Of a stretch of 64,000 nucleotides of DNA, positions 61,500 through 64,000 are shown piece after piece. Origin of the DNA: Podarcis erhardii (Eukaryota); assembly GCA_964252035.1 (NCBI GenBank), contig OZ176200.1, one strand, 5' to 3'. The stretch's first letter is position 1; each line of letters begins with the position of its first letter. Position numbers and translations under genes: made by a program. A model generated the notes under the pieces. It ran no database searches. It worked only from the letters and a program-made list of their open reading frames with translations, and had not been told where the DNA came from.

Positions 61500-61750
61500 G
61501 GCTGCTCTGGCTCCCTTATTTAAAATTCTGTGTGGCGAGCCGCTCAGGCTATGAGTCACTCGCTGCTTTTCACCGAAGCAGGCAGCAGCTGAGCCGAGCG
61601 GCTATTCTGGAGAGTCAGAGGATGGTGGGAGGGAAGGAGGGACGTCAAGTCACCTCCCTTGCTAAGACAGCCTCACTGGCACCTCCACACCCAAGGAGCA
61701 TGGCACTGGGGCAAAGCCGCATGGTCGGGCAACGCAGTGGTGCAGGCACC
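61500..61750 (-). promoter_or_regulatory. Candidate SLC4A3 main promoter
   Basis: Local CpG enrichment; TTTAAATA (61524-61517, minus strand); AP-1 motif TGAGTCA (61552-61558); CRE-like GACGTCA (61641-61647). Confidence 0.45.
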
Positions 61751-62034
61751 ACTTGATGCCTGCACACCATCTTCCATCTCTCAGAGGTGCCAACAAATAA
61801 AATATTGGGGTGGAGAGAGGTAAGCCCTGCCCAACATAATCACAAGATGCAGAGCGCACACACCATTTGAACGGGAATGCCCTTCAACTTTGGGGGCCCC
61901 AGCTCCCTCAAATATTTTATTGGGGAAACCGAAGGGACATCAGCCCCAAGGAGTTGGCTCCTATGCCATCTCTACATACCAACTTGCATGATGCATTGTT
62001 ATTCCAAAGTGTTGCACATACCAAATTGAGAATG

Positions 62035-62260
62035 CTACCAGTGGCTAAGAGACTCAGCCCTCCTGGGGATTCTTAATAAGTTTTGAGGTTTTGGCTTTTT
62101 AAACTTTAAAGACTGAATTCTTAATCCATTTTTTATATTGCAGCTGTATTTTTAAAAATTGTTTATCATGAATTTTAACCTTTTTAAAAAAAATGCACGC
62201 TGCCCAGAGAATTTCAGTTATGGGGCAGCATAGTAATACCGTTCAATAATAATAAATAAA
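62035..62260 (+). mobile_element. L2-like 3' tail
   Basis: AT-rich tail ending gctgcccagag...atggggcag...aataataaataaa; a similar tail lies at about 55960-56085. Confidence 0.45.
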
Positions 62261-63286
62261 TCATCAAAGAGCTCCCACTTTGAATCTCAACACTGTTATG
62301 AACTCACTTAGGCAAGCCACTCTTTCTCAGATGTACCTTACAGGGTTGTTGTGAGATTACAGCTAGTTAATGTGCTGCAGGGCAGACTCAAGACTTTGTA
62401 GTGCCTCTCACCTCCCAAGTCAAGGTGCATAGGGTCTAAAACAAAAAATCCTACAAGCACCACTCTCTGAAAATTAAATAACACATTAACAACAAATTAA
62501 AAAATATTTCTTGCCATTATACCCAGACTGCCTCATTCTCCTTAATGATGGGGCCAACTCTGACAATGCAAGCAAAGTGCTTTGAATACTTGCAAATGCT
62601 ATACAAATTTCAACTATTCTAATTCTTGTGCAAATTTTTGTGCCAGTTTTAAGTCACCTCGCATGCTTTAGCTGAGAGGTGCCCTATGAATAACCAAGCA
62701 AACAAATAAATTATCACACATGTTGTGTGAACAAAACAAAAATATAATAACAGGAAATTCTCTCTTTCTCTCTGTGTGTGTGGGTGGGTGTGTAAATTTA
62801 AAGCAGCCTTACATCTGAAACTGAAGCCATGTTAAAAGTGTATTTTTTATAGAGAGACACTACACAGATCACATATTCACAGGTGCATGTTAGGATTTTT
62901 TATTTGTTTGTTTAAAATCTATGCACAATCAGCTGCTTGCTAATCTTGTCAACTCAATAAACCATACATCAAAAGTATTCCTTGTCCCTGCGCTATAATA
63001 TAGGACACAAAAAGTAGTTCTGCTCCCACCCAAATTAGGCCTGATTATTTGACCTTCAACTATTTTCTCAAAAGTGTGTTAACATGAATGACAGGAGCAA
63101 CTGTTGGTGCCCTATTATAATTATTTCATAAGGAAAAGCTTTGACATGAAAACTGAGAATTTATTTCCCAGAGAGGAGAGAGCAGATCTGTTCAAGTAAT
63201 AATTTTTGCTTGTGTGTTAAATATTCTGATTGTTCTATGGACCAAGAAGGAGTTCCCACACCCAAAGCTAGTCATTTATTTATTTA

Positions 63287-63311
63287 TACATACATACATA
63301 CATACATACAT
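63287..63311. repeat. (TACA)n microsatellite
   Basis: Read directly from the sequence. Confidence 0.9.
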
Positions 63312-64000
63312 GCATACACACTTATTGGAACAATTCACAAACTACTGTACTTAGAATGCAGTAGGAGCAGTTAAGTCTGACCTCAGTGGGTTAACTGATT
63401 TTAAGTGACTTGCAATTGACTACAGTACCTAAAACTCTTAGTTCCACCAAACATTTGTACTTTGCAGTGAGTTATTCCCAAATGAGCAATGGAAGGATTT
63501 TATCAAGAAATATATCTAAGGGCTCATCCACATTTCTGCTTGTGCTGTGCCTAAAAAACGGGTCTGAGCAGTTAGTGTGGACAAGCCCTTAGTTACAGCT
63601 AAGTTTCTGGATGGGATGTTTTTGTATTATCTCCCACACCTATTGTGCTGGCGCACATGCAGATTTGAATTCCATACCTTGCAGGTGTGGAGAACCTGTG
63701 GCCTTCCCCATGTTGTTGGATTCCAACTCCTATCAGCCCCAACCAGTATGGCCAGTGGTCAGTCCGACAACTTCTGGGTGGGGGCACACAGGTTCCCCAC
63801 CCCTGCTTTAAATAATGTGTAGACAAGAGGTAATAGCAATGGATTAAAGAATTGGGCTCACAATAGTAACTGATTAATGTAAGCATAGGGGTTTTTTAGA
63901 ATTATGACTGGCTGTAATTGTTATGAATATAAACAAAATAAAAATAGAAGCAGAAAAGCAGAAGGAACATGGCTTGGACTTCCTATAAATTCTAACTAAA

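Noticed and set aside
61214-61756. 180-aa plus-strand ORF
   Set aside because: Low-complexity antisense read of the GC-rich promoter and exon 1; no protein-like features.
1-64000. CRISPR arrays, prokaryotic defence systems or horizontally acquired operons
   Set aside because: No regularly spaced direct repeats and no intronless gene clusters; the content is a typical intron-rich vertebrate locus.

Overview
This is vertebrate genomic DNA, most likely from a lacertid lizard, judging by the Sauria SINEs, squamate MITEs and CR1/L2/L1/Penelope remnants. The window is dominated by a complete minus-strand SLC4A3 (anion exchanger 3, AE3) gene. I traced 22 coding exons by hand (56418 down to 18389); all are GT-AG and phase-compatible, summing to 3861 nt = 1286 aa. 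There is a probable non-coding exon 1 and promoter near 61.2-61.65 kb and a poly(A) signal at 16087. Intron 6 holds a 76-codon, phase-1 ORF exon (38761-38989) that would splice onto exon 7 to give a 1029-aa protein, the architecture of the mammalian cardiac AE3 isoform. A second, convergent plus-strand gene that I cannot name (11158-12354 + 12610-12696, 427 aa, C-terminal coiled coil) lies downstream of SLC4A3. Intron 3 holds a 100-bp Penelope-like insertion with a 13-bp target-site duplication (TSD) carrying a minimal type I hammerhead ribozyme motif. No CRISPR, rRNA or true tRNA genes were seen, and most ORFs in the supplied track are spurious. Coordinates were counted manually; repeat boundaries without TSDs are approximate.
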